A DNA stretch of 64,000 bases from Candidatus Heritagella intestinalis (GTDB taxonomy: Bacteria; Bacillota; Clostridia; Oscillospirales; Acutalibacteraceae). The notes under the pieces were generated by a model that was given only the letters and a program-made list of their open reading frames with translations, searched no databases and was not told where the DNA came from. Numbering within the stretch: the first letter of the stretch is position 1; every line of letters starts with the position of its first letter. A program made the translations under genes and the position numbers. Positions 44,513 through 54,466 of the stretch are shown piece after piece. The stretch is from contig CAJFQF010000002.1 in the NCBI GenBank assembly GCA_904418995.1, positions 30,223-94,222 of the forward strand, given 5' to 3'.

Positions 44513-44553
44513 ATAAAAAGAAATCGATGGGGGAGAGGGGGTTCCCCCATCGA
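44513..44553 (-). terminator. strong rho-independent terminator after the major tail gene
   Basis: Minus strand has a perfect 11-bp stem TCGATGGGGGA / TCCCCCATCGA with an 8-nt loop, followed by TTTCTTTTTAT. Confidence 0.75.
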
Positions 44554-44561
44554 AATCAGAA

Positions 44562-45284
44562 TCAGGCGCTCTCTTCGCCGTCTTCAAAAATCATATCCAG
44601 CATATTGTCATCATCATCCACAAGCAGGTCGCAGGTGATGGTAATGGATGCCGGATCGCCGGTATTGCTGAAAGCAATCTCAAAGTTCAGCTGCGGGGAT
44701 GCCTTGTAAGCAATCATCTTGTAAGGAATCACCACATCTTCAGAAGTCTTGAAGTAGGTATCCGCATAGATTTTCACGGCTTTCGGGAAAGTGGTAGACT
44801 TCAGATTCAGCTTGCGGACGCCAGTGGCGGCAGTGGTCAGGTAATATACCACATAGTCGCCAGAAGCACCGGTGATGGTTACGGAAGTACCTTCCACATC
44901 TGCCTCAACCGCAGTGCCGCAATCATCGTCGGCCTTAAATACGTTAACACTACCGTCAAGAGGCTCTTCGCTCAGAGTGAGAGTTGTCCCAGAAGCGGTC
45001 AGTACCTCTCTCTTCAGAAGCGTTGCGGTGTTTTCGATGGTAGCGCCGGTCATAAAGCTGTAAAGCTCAGCACTCTGCATCTGGGTTTCGATAGCAATCG
45101 TACCACCCTTTTCGCCGTAGAAAGTCACTCGCCGAGGGTGGCCCTGGCCGCCGTATGCAAATACGGATTCACCGGTAACGCTGGTGGTCGTAGTGTTTGC
45201 ATACGGGAAGTTCAAAATAGGCTTGTTCGTAGCAAAGTCAACCATAATCAGGTTACATACGTCTCTATTAGCAAAAACATCCAT
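44562..45284 (-). CDS. major tail protein
   Basis: Call is by position, 240-aa size, beta-rich composition and the terminator directly downstream. Confidence 0.55.
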   Translation of the reverse strand: MDVFANRDVCNLIMVDFATNKPILNFPYANTTTTSVTGESVFAYGGQGHPRRVTFYGEKGGTIAIETQMQSAELYSFMTGATIENTATLLKREVLTASGTTLTLSEEPLDGSVNVFKADDDCGTAVEADVEGTSVTITGASGDYVVYYLTTAATGVRKLNLKSTTFPKAVKIYADTYFKTSEDVVIPYKMIAYKASPQLNFEIAFSNTGDPASITITCDLLVDDDDNMLDMIFEDGEESA

Positions 45285-45290
45285 TTTGCT

Positions 45291-46007
45291 TTATTCCTCC
45301 TTTTTTTGTTTGGGGCGATACCATCCGGACAGATCAAATTTCTCTGTGGAATAAGCCGCCCATCTCATGCTTGATATATCAAACCCAATCCGTTGATTGA
45401 GCTGCGCAAATTGGTCGTAAAGTTGATAGATTGTCAGATCCCATATGTTGAACAGATTGTAGGAGGGGCTGTTTGCGGCCACCGCAGACACCAGGTCGGC
45501 AATCGAAGTTCCGGAACTATGTTTAGAAGCCTGCATAGCTTTTTTGCCGGACTGGATTTTTTCATAAATCCTCCTGGCTTTTTCATTGAAAAACTTCATA
45601 GGCGCTGCCTTTTTGGGCTCCAAGTGATTGCAAATCAAAATGGCGTTGACAACATCAGGGAAGTTTTCTTCATTGATAGTGCCCACACAGCCCTTTTCAC
45701 CCATCGAAATCCACATAGACCCGACAGGCTGGAAAACCAAGTCTTCCAAAAAAAAGAACCTGAAGAGCTCTTCATAAAAAGCTCTTAGGTCTGGAATCTG
45801 AATAATATAATGAAATCGGTCTCTTCCGTTCAGCGGTACTCCGATTTTGTCCGCTAAATCCAAATCTTCAATGTTCAACATTCCCATATAGGTATCGTAA
45901 GACTTGCCCGCATGGCGGATGTCATTCAACGTGGGGACCTTCAGGTGGCCAATCCCAAATAAAAAAATGGGCTCCTTGTGTAGGAGGTCTAATTTTGAGA
46001 TTTCCAT
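45291..46007 (-). CDS. head-tail joining / tail completion module protein (unassigned)
   Basis: Co-oriented and packed between the capsid and tail genes. Confidence 0.35.
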   Translation of the reverse strand: MEISKLDLLHKEPIFLFGIGHLKVPTLNDIRHAGKSYDTYMGMLNIEDLDLADKIGVPLNGRDRFHYIIQIPDLRAFYEELFRFFFLEDLVFQPVGSMWISMGEKGCVGTINEENFPDVVNAILICNHLEPKKAAPMKFFNEKARRIYEKIQSGKKAMQASKHSSGTSIADLVSAVAANSPSYNLFNIWDLTIYQLYDQFAQLNQRIGFDISSMRWAAYSTEKFDLSGWYRPKQKKEE

Positions 46008-46010
46008 ATA

Positions 46011-46472
46011 TCACCCACCTTGATTGAATTCCTTCGCCACATAGGTTACATACCTGCCGTAAAATCCAACAGGAACGTTAAACCCCTTAGATCCCTTCAG
46101 TTCTAGCGGCCCAATAGCAAACGCCTTGTTTCCATTGAAAATATGGTCAATCTGGGAAATCAGGATGTCCGACAGAACGCCTTCTTCCGTCACCAGCAAA
46201 TCTTCACTGATAACCGCCCAGAAAATAATCTCATACGTCATGGCCGTGCGGTTTTGCACCTTTACAGGGTCTACCTCAAACAGAATATAAACACCCTTTT
46301 CCTTGACCGTATCCGGATTTTTGGCGTAGTTCCTCACATAGAAACGAAACTGTTCATAGGTGAGATCTGGGATGTTAGCTGATTCAGAGATAATCCTTCG
46401 GATACTATCACTCTCCCAAAGGCTTCGCAGTATCCGAGTCTTATACTCTTTTAAATCATCCATGAATGGCAT
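46011..46472 (-). CDS. head-tail joining module protein (unassigned)
   Basis: ATG 46472 is preferred (RBS GGGAGGTG 9 nt upstream). This removes the 62-nt overlap implied by the longer ORF. Confidence 0.35.
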   Translation of the reverse strand: MPFMDDLKEYKTRILRSLWESDSIRRIISESANIPDLTYEQFRFYVRNYAKNPDTVKEKGVYILFEVDPVKVQNRTAMTYEIIFWAVISEDLLVTEEGVLSDILISQIDHIFNGNKAFAIGPLELKGSKGFNVPVGFYGRYVTYVAKEFNQGG

Positions 46473-46491
46473 AACTGGCAGCACCTCCCTT

Positions 46492-47241
46492 TCACCAGAA
46501 AATATCTGGGTCTTTTGTCCCGCCTGTTTCTGGTTCCTTATAATAGTCAGCAACCATCAGGTCTTTGTTATCACGAACGGGGGAGAACTGGTCTTCCATG
46601 ACCGTCCATTGCAGCAGGGAGATGTTTTTATAAAGAAAAGATGTAGAATCCACCTGCGTCAAACGGTAAGCGTTGGGAATTGGAGTTGGCTGATCCATCA
46701 GAAACCGGCACCCATTGTCAATTAGGGCGGTTTCCTCGTTGTAGGGAATGTAAATCAGGTGCTGTGCGCTGCCAATCGTAATCTTTTGGCCGCTCGTCTC
46801 TCCGGAATTATATTGGGTACTGTTGATGGTATAAACCGGATACGATACAACAGCTTGAGACAGGGGAGAGATGAATTTCAGCCAAAGTTTGCAATACCAG
46901 GCGGAGACTTTAGAATAGATTTTATTGCGGGAGACAGGGGAGTTGACCATCCAGTAAATATCCTGAGATTTGTCGTACACATAGTAAATCCCATCTCCAA
47001 AATCTATATCCAATAGAATCTGACGGTTAACCGCACTGGTATAGTTATCCGCAGAGGCGTTTTGAATGATAGCCCTGGTTTCTATTCCGTTCTGCAACTG
47101 GTTGTCATACAAGATGACGTCCGTCCCCAAAAAACTGTTCAACGCTTCTTTGAACCCGTCTTTGGCATAGTACTCAAACTCTTCTGATTCAAACCCACTG
47201 CTATACACCGGAGGCTTACGCATTAAATACCAGTCCTTCAT
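46492..47241 (-). CDS. head-tail joining module protein (unassigned)
   Basis: Co-oriented, with an RBS AAGGGGG upstream. Confidence 0.35.
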   Translation of the reverse strand: MKDWYLMRKPPVYSSGFESEEFEYYAKDGFKEALNSFLGTDVILYDNQLQNGIETRAIIQNASADNYTSAVNRQILLDIDFGDGIYYVYDKSQDIYWMVNSPVSRNKIYSKVSAWYCKLWLKFISPLSQAVVSYPVYTINSTQYNSGETSGQKITIGSAQHLIYIPYNEETALIDNGCRFLMDQPTPIPNAYRLTQVDSTSFLYKNISLLQWTVMEDQFSPVRDNKDLMVADYYKEPETGGTKDPDIFW

Positions 47242-47250
47242 AATGCCCCC

Positions 47251-47643
47251 TTACGCATAGCAATGTGTTTTCTGCTTGTTGAGCAGATCCTCTACACGAG
47301 ACTGCTCAAATTCCAGCTCTTCCATAGACACTCTCTTTTGATCACCTGTACCCGTAAGAGAGATGTCCTTGCCTACGATATTCTGAATCTTATTGATTCT
47401 GCTGATCTCACGGACACAATAAGACCTTTTCATCATCAGCCCCAACGTAGTAATCTGATATTGTTCTACATCCTCCGGAAACGTGTCTGTCTCAATATCA
47501 TAGTGCAGGTCTTTGATTTCCAAGGCATATTGTGCCAAAGCATCCCTGAACCACTGCATCTCCAAAAATGGGGAAATCTCAAATTTGTCCTGGAATGTGG
47601 ACTCAAAAGAATCAATCACATCCTGAGAGGTCTTTTTGCGCAC
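47251..47643 (-). CDS. possible head-tail connector protein
   Basis: 130-aa size and position. Confidence 0.3.
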   Translation of the reverse strand: MRKKTSQDVIDSFESTFQDKFEISPFLEMQWFRDALAQYALEIKDLHYDIETDTFPEDVEQYQITTLGLMMKRSYCVREISRINKIQNIVGKDISLTGTGDQKRVSMEELEFEQSRVEDLLNKQKTHCYA

Positions 47644-47657
47644 AAAATTCCCCCTCC

Positions 47658-48149
47658 TTATTCTTCAAAATGCCTTTCGCTGATTTTTTCAATGGCCGTT
47701 ACCTTGTAAGACTCTGCATTTTCAATGCCAGCCTTTTTCGCCAGAGGAACGATCATCCGCTTATCGCCATCTGTCACCACAAGGCGGTTCAGTTTTTCCA
47801 TAAAGGCCGCTTTGGGGGAAGTGGCAATCAAATCCTTCACGTTCTCCAGTGTCAGCATGACAGGCTGTTCTGCGTCCGCCTCTTCAATGCCAAAAACGTA
47901 TTTCCGCACGTTTTCATCCATGATTTGAACAGCGGCATTTGCCCCAAAACCATCAGTACCACAGAAGAAACGGTTTCCGGATTTGGCCTGGGCATCCACT
48001 TCAGCAACCGTCAATCGCTTCCAATTCTTGACGCTGGGCGGGATAGTAATGTCCCTCATAGATTCCTGACCATGAAAATGCAGCGGCCAATTGCGCAAGT
48101 TTGTCAGCGCCACCCGGTCATTCAGATTGACCTTTGTTCTTGCTGCCAT
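47658..48149 (-). CDS. phage structural hypothetical protein
   Basis: First gene after the capsid gene hairpin. Confidence 0.35.
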   Translation of the reverse strand: MAARTKVNLNDRVALTNLRNWPLHFHGQESMRDITIPPSVKNWKRLTVAEVDAQAKSGNRFFCGTDGFGANAAVQIMDENVRKYVFGIEEADAEQPVMLTLENVKDLIATSPKAAFMEKLNRLVVTDGDKRMIVPLAKKAGIENAESYKVTAIEKISERHFEE

Positions 48150-48186
48150 ATGCTATATGCTCCTTTGTTTTGAAATTAAAATGAAG

Positions 48187-48210
48187 GCGGGGATGGAACT
48201 CCACCCCCGC
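48187..48210 (-). terminator. hairpin (possible attenuator) after the major capsid gene
   Basis: GCGGGG ... CCCCGC stem. The downstream U tract on the minus strand is imperfect (CTTCATTTTAATTTC). Confidence 0.35.
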
Positions 48211-48223
48211 AAAAAAGCTGAAA

Positions 48224-49318
48224 TCAGTCGGATTCCTTAGCCAGCATACCAATCTCAAACTCACGGCCCTTAACAACGTCAGCGCCAATCTCAATGTCAT
48301 ACCGGGTCTTCATAACACCGGTCTCCACATCGTTGCCGCTCATGCTGGTAAGGCCACCACGACGGAAGATGTTGACAGGAGAGGCGTTGCCCTGAGCAGT
48401 GAAATAGATACGGTCGGGGTTGTAGTAAGTCTCGAATGCAGACTTATCAGCCAGAGGCTTCATGTAGTTATAGGGATTGGGCAGTTCTACCAGAGCAGCG
48501 CCCTTATAGAAGCCGTTCAGGCCCACACGCGCCATTTCGTCTACCTGAGCGGCAGAGAAGAAGGGCACAGTGCTTTCACCCACAGTCTTATAGCCGTTCC
48601 AATCGCAGATGGTAGACAGCACGGAGAAGTCACCGATAATGTTTACACGACCCATCCGGCGCATCTTGGCGATCATATCATCCACAGCGGTCTGGGTGGG
48701 GGTGTCGGAATACTCAGCGAAGAAGCTCACATAATCGGTGTTGTTCTTCAGAGCGTTGTAAATGGTGTCCATCGCAAAAGCAATAGCCTTGTTATTCATA
48801 TCAATCTGAATCTGACCTACCTCTTCAGCGGTAGTACCAGCAAAGTTACCAGATTCCAGCTCACGATAGTCTACCACCATGCCGGAAGAAATCGTGTGGG
48901 TCACAACAGGATACTGCTTCCAATTCTTAGCGGCAAAAGTTACGTCTCCACCAGAAGCCTGGGCACGAGCATCCAGGCCTTCGTAGGTATAGGTCTTCAC
49001 CATTGCCTGCTCGTTATAGCCAATCTCATGGTAGTTACCCATAAAAGAGAGAACCTTCATAGACTCCAGCAGCTTGGGCTGTACAATGAACTTGACAATC
49101 TCATTGATTTCGGCTCTGGCCTTGGAGTCGCCGTTGTTGCTCCGGTTGCCAAGAGCCTTCAGGGTAGCGACAGCATGATCCTTTTCTTTGCCAAACTTGT
49201 CAGCATCGTTGCCGGAGAGCAGGGCAGAGCAGATCTCAACAAACTTCTTGAATTTGGCCTGATCCTTGATTACAACCTGGTCTCTCTGTGCGTTATTCAA
49301 CTCAAAAGTATATTCCAT
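48224..49318 (-). CDS. major capsid protein
   Basis: 364 aa. Lies downstream of the protease/scaffold and a small decoration-like gene, and a hairpin follows. No motif-level confirmation is possible by eye. Confidence 0.55.
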   Translation of the reverse strand: MEYTFELNNAQRDQVVIKDQAKFKKFVEICSALLSGNDADKFGKEKDHAVATLKALGNRSNNGDSKARAEINEIVKFIVQPKLLESMKVLSFMGNYHEIGYNEQAMVKTYTYEGLDARAQASGGDVTFAAKNWKQYPVVTHTISSGMVVDYRELESGNFAGTTAEEVGQIQIDMNNKAIAFAMDTIYNALKNNTDYVSFFAEYSDTPTQTAVDDMIAKMRRMGRVNIIGDFSVLSTICDWNGYKTVGESTVPFFSAAQVDEMARVGLNGFYKGAALVELPNPYNYMKPLADKSAFETYYNPDRIYFTAQGNASPVNIFRRGGLTSMSGNDVETGVMKTRYDIEIGADVVKGREFEIGMLAKESD

Positions 49319-49387
49319 GGTTTCATTCCTTTCCTTTGCATAAAAGAAGCTCCGCTTTAGCGGAGCCTGTTACTTGCTTTGTTTAGT

Positions 49388-49879
49388 TTAACCGCCAACG
49401 CCGGGGGAAGTGGTGGTGGGAGCCTGGGCAATTACCCGCACGGCAAGACCCTGGCCGTTGAAAGCAGTCTTTTCGATTACCTCAAAATAGGTCAGGTAAT
49501 CGGCAACATCGCTTACCTTTACCATCTTGCCATCTGTGCCAAAGCCCAGCTTATCGCCTACCGCAATAGAGCTGTACTCACCGGTTACCTGATCCATATC
49601 CAGATCCAGAATATAGCCATCCAGGCTCTTTACTCTGAACAGACGGGGATACTCACCAGGATTGATGACATACTCATTGGGGGAGTTCACTTCCGGCTTG
49701 TCATAACGGTTCATCACCAGAAATACATCCTCTTTGGCGGTAGTAGCGTTGGGCAGTGCCACCGTCTTGGCGGCGAAATCAACGGTTACGCCCATACCGT
49801 TGTGCAGTACAACGGAAGTGGTGCAGTAGGGAATGTTCTGCGCAGCTTTATATGCGCCGATGTCTCTAAACTTAATCAT
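49388..49879 (-). CDS. possible head decoration / scaffold-associated protein
   Basis: Position between the protease/scaffold and capsid genes. Confidence 0.3.
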   Translation of the reverse strand: MIKFRDIGAYKAAQNIPYCTTSVVLHNGMGVTVDFAAKTVALPNATTAKEDVFLVMNRYDKPEVNSPNEYVINPGEYPRLFRVKSLDGYILDLDMDQVTGEYSSIAVGDKLGFGTDGKMVKVSDVADYLTYFEVIEKTAFNGQGLAVRVIAQAPTTTSPGVGG

Positions 49880-49899
49880 AGCTTATCTCCTTTTCTCAA

Positions 49900-51051
49900 T
49901 TAGTCAAACATATCGCAGAAACCATCGTTTACGACGACCGTATACGATACGGGGCCAAAAATATCATCTACACGAGCAGCGGAATTCAGCTCCGCAGCCA
50001 TAGATGCCTTCATCTGCCGGTAAGCAGCAGCTTCAATTTTCTCCGTAATCTGATTGATCTCAATACCGCAGCCCTCCGGGTCTTTTTCAAAGGCAGCGAT
50101 TTCGTCTTTGGCAGCTTCTCGTTCCTTGGCGGAGTAGGGCTCCAAAGCAACATTCAGCTCGCCGACGCGCTCCTTCACACGCATTTCGGCCAGATCCTCC
50201 TGTACCAAATTATACTGCCGCATCAGATCCTCATATTTCTGGCTAAGAGCCTGATACTGCTTATCCAGGGCGTCCCTTTCCTCCAAAATAGATGCACGAG
50301 CATCTTCCAGCTCCTGAATCTTGTTGTCCTTCACTCCCATCTCGGCCTCATTGGACGCAATGGTGTCTTTGCACGCATTGGTCTCATCCAGGCGGGAAAG
50401 AAGAGTTTCAAACAATTCTTTGATTTCTCTGTTGTCCATTAAATTGTCCTCCTCATTTTTTGCTTGATTCAATTCCAGCATCATTGCCGCAGGGTCACTG
50501 GGCTTAACGGTCAACACACAGTAGCCACTATAAACATACTCAATGGGCACCCGGTATTTGTCGTCTCCGCCTTTACCATCCTTATAAATAATCCTCTGGT
50601 TCTCCTGGGTTCCGACAAATTCCACACTGCCATAAGTCGTCAGGCCAGCGTCCTGCCGCTCTTCCAGCCATTCTACAAACTTGGGATACCGCTGCTGGTT
50701 GATGTATCCCAATGCCACCATTGCCTTGCGCTTTTCGCCATCTACCTCAACTTCTTCTATGTCCCAGCCATCAGCGCTGCCAACCTGCACAGAGTCTTCA
50801 AAAACTGGCATAGAACCAATTTCTCCTGTCAGGCCGTGGTCATAGGGGATTTCCTTATCATCATCCAGAAATCGTGCGCAAAATGGCATTCCGATAATGC
50901 TATCAGCGTTCTTCCTGGAATACTCTTCCAAGTATGTGATGCCATTGGCATTACAATGGGTTTCGTCAGGGTAGATTTCGTGCAATGCAAACTTAACGCG
51001 CCTTCTTCCATCTGGAGCAAGCGCCTGCGAAATTTCAAATGTGCTTTTCAT
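49900..51051 (-). CDS. putative prohead protease-scaffold fusion
   Basis: Globular N-terminal half, then a long coiled-coil C-terminal half (EDARASILEERDALDKQYQALSQKYEDLMRQ). Lies after the portal gene. ATG 51051 follows the RBS GGGAGGTG. Confidence 0.4.
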   Translation of the reverse strand: MKSTFEISQALAPDGRRRVKFALHEIYPDETHCNANGITYLEEYSRKNADSIIGMPFCARFLDDDKEIPYDHGLTGEIGSMPVFEDSVQVGSADGWDIEEVEVDGEKRKAMVALGYINQQRYPKFVEWLEERQDAGLTTYGSVEFVGTQENQRIIYKDGKGGDDKYRVPIEYVYSGYCVLTVKPSDPAAMMLELNQAKNEEDNLMDNREIKELFETLLSRLDETNACKDTIASNEAEMGVKDNKIQELEDARASILEERDALDKQYQALSQKYEDLMRQYNLVQEDLAEMRVKERVGELNVALEPYSAKEREAAKDEIAAFEKDPEGCGIEINQITEKIEAAAYRQMKASMAAELNSAARVDDIFGPVSYTVVVNDGFCDMFD

Positions 51052-51071
51052 CCATATCACCTCCCTTTACA

Positions 51072-52658
51072 TCAAGTTGAAGGCTTGGGAGATGCATTCC
51101 CATTGTTGGACTTACTCTGTACCGTATTGGGGTTGTCACTGTCTACACTGGGACGTCCCGCAGTAGCAGATTGCGTATACATACTCTGATGGGGCGTAAA
51201 ACGTTCGTCGAAACCGTTATCACGCTCATATTCCATCATAGAAATGTATCCGTCCACATCCATACCGGAGGCAGCCACCAATGCCTGCAAAGAACCACCA
51301 CAATCCGAATACAGGGTCTTCATATATCCAAAAAACTTATCCCTATTCACATAGGTAGTCGGTAAAATCTGAAAATCCACTACGCAGCTTGGGTCACGAA
51401 TTACCAGCGCGTTGACACACTTGTTGAGTTCTGTCATGAAGTCGCAAATCCAGGAATAGACATTCCCCGCCACAAGCTCCATGTTCAGGGTGGCCGTGGC
51501 ATAGTTTCCTTTGGTGTTGCCATTCAGCGAACTGGAGGCAATTCCCAAATCAGCAGGCACCGCATCCTGGATAGCGGCCTCATTTTTTTCATCGAAAATC
51601 GAAGTATCAACGCTGATTTTATCCAGCTTAGTCCCAGAAGCCAGAGAAAAGAAGGTCATCCCCATTTGATTGCTTCGGCTCAGCAAAGCAGACTTCACAG
51701 TATCGTGCTGCGCCTTCTGCTGTTTATCTGTGAGGGCGCAACGGCCTTTTTCCTTCCCCTCTGGGAAAGTCTCATAGATAATGACATTGTTAAGCTGGTC
51801 TAATACCCGCCGCTTTGTGTTGGTGAAATATTCCGCATACAGAATATCATCCAGAGCACAAACAGAAACCGGCACACCCCAGGGCTCATCAATTCCGGAT
51901 TTTATTTTTGTGATAATGGTGTGTTTGTTGTCCAATCGCACCCAAGATCCCCGCACCTTGCTTCCAGGTGAACTGTACGCTTCCCATGCATCCCGAATCT
52001 CTTTAGGGAAGGCCGCCACTCTCCGCTGCAAGTCCGGCTCCGCAAACTGCAAAAAGTATTTCAGGTCAAACGCCATCACGTAGGAATTATTCTTTCTGCC
52101 GATGATTTTGCAGTAATCGACAGGAAGTGTGATGATAGTGGCGTTGATGTCCGTCTGGTTAATTTCTCTGACGTTGTAGACCTCAGCATCAGACAGATAC
52201 TTCGGCAAGATGTTCTGAGAAGTAGGGGACAACTCAAAATACCCAAAGTAAATGCCATCATTGGCATCCTTGAGCAATGCATCTCGTATGGCCTGCTTAT
52301 ACCGGATGCTATTTAGCACTTTCAGCATCTTAGAACGGTTACGGTCAAAGTTAGAAGACTTTCTCCCATTGCTTTTCTGGGTTTTGCAAACTGCTACACC
52401 ATCCAGCGTGTGCATGGTGCGCATATAATCAACTGCACTGGTTACGCTCCCATTAGAGCGGTAAGCCCACCAAGCAAACTCCCTAAGCTCTCTATTGTGT
52501 TCCATAGGATGTTTGATAAATCCCTGGATTGCCTCTATAGAATAAGGGGCGTCCACCAAAAAATCTGAGAAGATGGTGTACACTACCCCCAAGTCTGTAT
52601 TGTACTCATAAGAAGAATCACCCGGCTTTTCGTTGACGGGCGCTTGATTGTTACTCAT
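51072..52658 (-). CDS. portal protein
   Basis: 528 aa, immediately downstream of the large terminase gene. Confidence 0.6.
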   Translation of the reverse strand: MSNNQAPVNEKPGDSSYEYNTDLGVVYTIFSDFLVDAPYSIEAIQGFIKHPMEHNRELREFAWWAYRSNGSVTSAVDYMRTMHTLDGVAVCKTQKSNGRKSSNFDRNRSKMLKVLNSIRYKQAIRDALLKDANDGIYFGYFELSPTSQNILPKYLSDAEVYNVREINQTDINATIITLPVDYCKIIGRKNNSYVMAFDLKYFLQFAEPDLQRRVAAFPKEIRDAWEAYSSPGSKVRGSWVRLDNKHTIITKIKSGIDEPWGVPVSVCALDDILYAEYFTNTKRRVLDQLNNVIIYETFPEGKEKGRCALTDKQQKAQHDTVKSALLSRSNQMGMTFFSLASGTKLDKISVDTSIFDEKNEAAIQDAVPADLGIASSSLNGNTKGNYATATLNMELVAGNVYSWICDFMTELNKCVNALVIRDPSCVVDFQILPTTYVNRDKFFGYMKTLYSDCGGSLQALVAASGMDVDGYISMMEYERDNGFDERFTPHQSMYTQSATAGRPSVDSDNPNTVQSKSNNGNASPKPST

Positions 52659-52669
52659 TTTTCCTCACC

Positions 52670-54466
52670 TCAATTCACCAGCGGCATATAATCGTAATCC
52701 GATTGGTCAGAAAGCAAGTCCTGCTCTAATAAGGAGGCAAACCAGTTGGCATAAGATACGCTGGTATATCGATCCTTTGTATTGGTTCCTACCTCAAAAA
52801 TTTTGTAAACGCCAGTTTGTTCACCACGCTCATATTCCAAAGCGATCATCTCACTGATGAGCTCTTGCGTCTCCAAGTAGGGACGTTCATAAAACACCAT
52901 AGTATCGGCGTCCAGCGCATTGGCGTACTCTGGGATGTGGTTCAAAATATCATCCACCGCCTCATTGTGGCTAACCAGCAAATCAATACGTTTGCTTTCA
53001 AGCACGTCCCTCATACAAGTGGCAATGTCGCTGTTCAGCTTCTGGCTGGCATTGATTGCAAATACCACCGGCTCTGCACCTGTTACGATAACCCGGTTCG
53101 CAATCGTCTCATCGTTGATGCATTGCCAGGCCCGATATTCCACATCCCGGTCTTCGTCGTAAAGGAACTTTGCCAGTCTATCGTATACCAAGATACCGCC
53201 GTTACGTGTGTCCAGTACGACATAATCGGCCCCAAAATCATAGAAGAGCTGCTTAATCCGGATTGCCTGACGATCCACGTCACCGCCCTTGTTGGCCTCC
53301 ATATAGGAGAGCACCCGGCGATACCCCTTCTTCACACTCACAACACTTCCGGAATTCGCTCCAGTCTTGTACTGCATAGACTCCGGAAGAAGCCGCACAC
53401 AAGAGAACACCGAATTATCGTTATTCTTTCTGTCCACAAAGGCGATGTCACAAGACAAGACCCGTATTTCACCAGGCTGCTTGGGGATCTCATAGGGGTT
53501 TTTCTTTTTGGCCAATACATCCCCATTGTTCCGTGGATAAAAGCACTTGCGCAAGACCTGGTTCTGCGTAATCATCTCATAAGAAAAGAAAGCGCTGGTA
53601 TTTTCCCGCAGCATTTCGTTCTCATATTCAATGCGGAACGTCAGAGAGTCCAAAGACTGTTTGTCCGCCACAAGTTGTGCTTTGGTTTTGATGCCATGTC
53701 GCAAGGCGATAGAATAGTCCATTGCAATTAGGCAGCTGGAATTATCTTTGAACTTACCACGAATGAGGTTTTTACAGGTGTCCCAAATCCACTCAGAGGT
53801 TGTACCGCTGGAAGAAATATAGATATTGATAGGCTCTTCTATCAAATCCTTGTATTGGTCTTTTGTGGAAAACTCTGTTTGGCGAACAATCTGAAAAGGA
53901 CGAAGAACGCTATCCACAATCTTTTTCTTCAAATGACGGAATTCTTCCAGTACCAAAACCGTACTGCGATACCCTCTGGAATTATCGTTGCCAGCGACCA
54001 CTACAATGGAGCTCATGTTCCGGAACTTGACCTCAATATCGTTATTGTTCGTCTTGATGCCCACAATCTCACGAGCCAGGTTTGGACACCTCGGCACAAG
54101 CTCTTTTTCAATTTTCTCCTTTACAATCAAGGCAGCCTGCTTCTTTGTGGCGCTGGCCACCACAATATAGCTTCCCGGATACAAGATACAACGTGCGCAG
54201 GCATATACGGCAATCAAAAAGGATTTGGCGGAGGCACGGGCTGCAACAATACCAATAGAGCCGAATAAATTCAGCAAGTATAGGCAAATAACCTGATACA
54301 AATACAGGGTCAGCCCAAAATAGTGCTGCACGAATGCTGGGATATTTCGGCGATAGAATGTTGTCCAATCAATAATACGCTCTATGTGTTTAGGGCTTGC
54401 CAACCAAGACTCTGAGGAAAACTTGGTGTAGAGTTGGGCCTGGTTTTCATCCAACATCGTCATCAC
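52670..54466 (-). CDS. terminase large subunit
   Basis: 598 aa. Walker-A-like VAARASAKS, Walker-B-like VLVLEEF, and a C-terminal nuclease-like region with acidic motifs (LSCDIAF, VVLDTRNGG). Confidence 0.75.
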   Translation of the reverse strand: MMTMLDENQAQLYTKFSSESWLASPKHIERIIDWTTFYRRNIPAFVQHYFGLTLYLYQVICLYLLNLFGSIGIVAARASAKSFLIAVYACARCILYPGSYIVVASATKKQAALIVKEKIEKELVPRCPNLAREIVGIKTNNNDIEVKFRNMSSIVVVAGNDNSRGYRSTVLVLEEFRHLKKKIVDSVLRPFQIVRQTEFSTKDQYKDLIEEPINIYISSSGTTSEWIWDTCKNLIRGKFKDNSSCLIAMDYSIALRHGIKTKAQLVADKQSLDSLTFRIEYENEMLRENTSAFFSYEMITQNQVLRKCFYPRNNGDVLAKKKNPYEIPKQPGEIRVLSCDIAFVDRKNNDNSVFSCVRLLPESMQYKTGANSGSVVSVKKGYRRVLSYMEANKGGDVDRQAIRIKQLFYDFGADYVVLDTRNGGILVYDRLAKFLYDEDRDVEYRAWQCINDETIANRVIVTGAEPVVFAINASQKLNSDIATCMRDVLESKRIDLLVSHNEAVDDILNHIPEYANALDADTMVFYERPYLETQELISEMIALEYERGEQTGVYKIFEVGTNTKDRYTSVSYANWFASLLEQDLLSDQSDYDYMPLVN

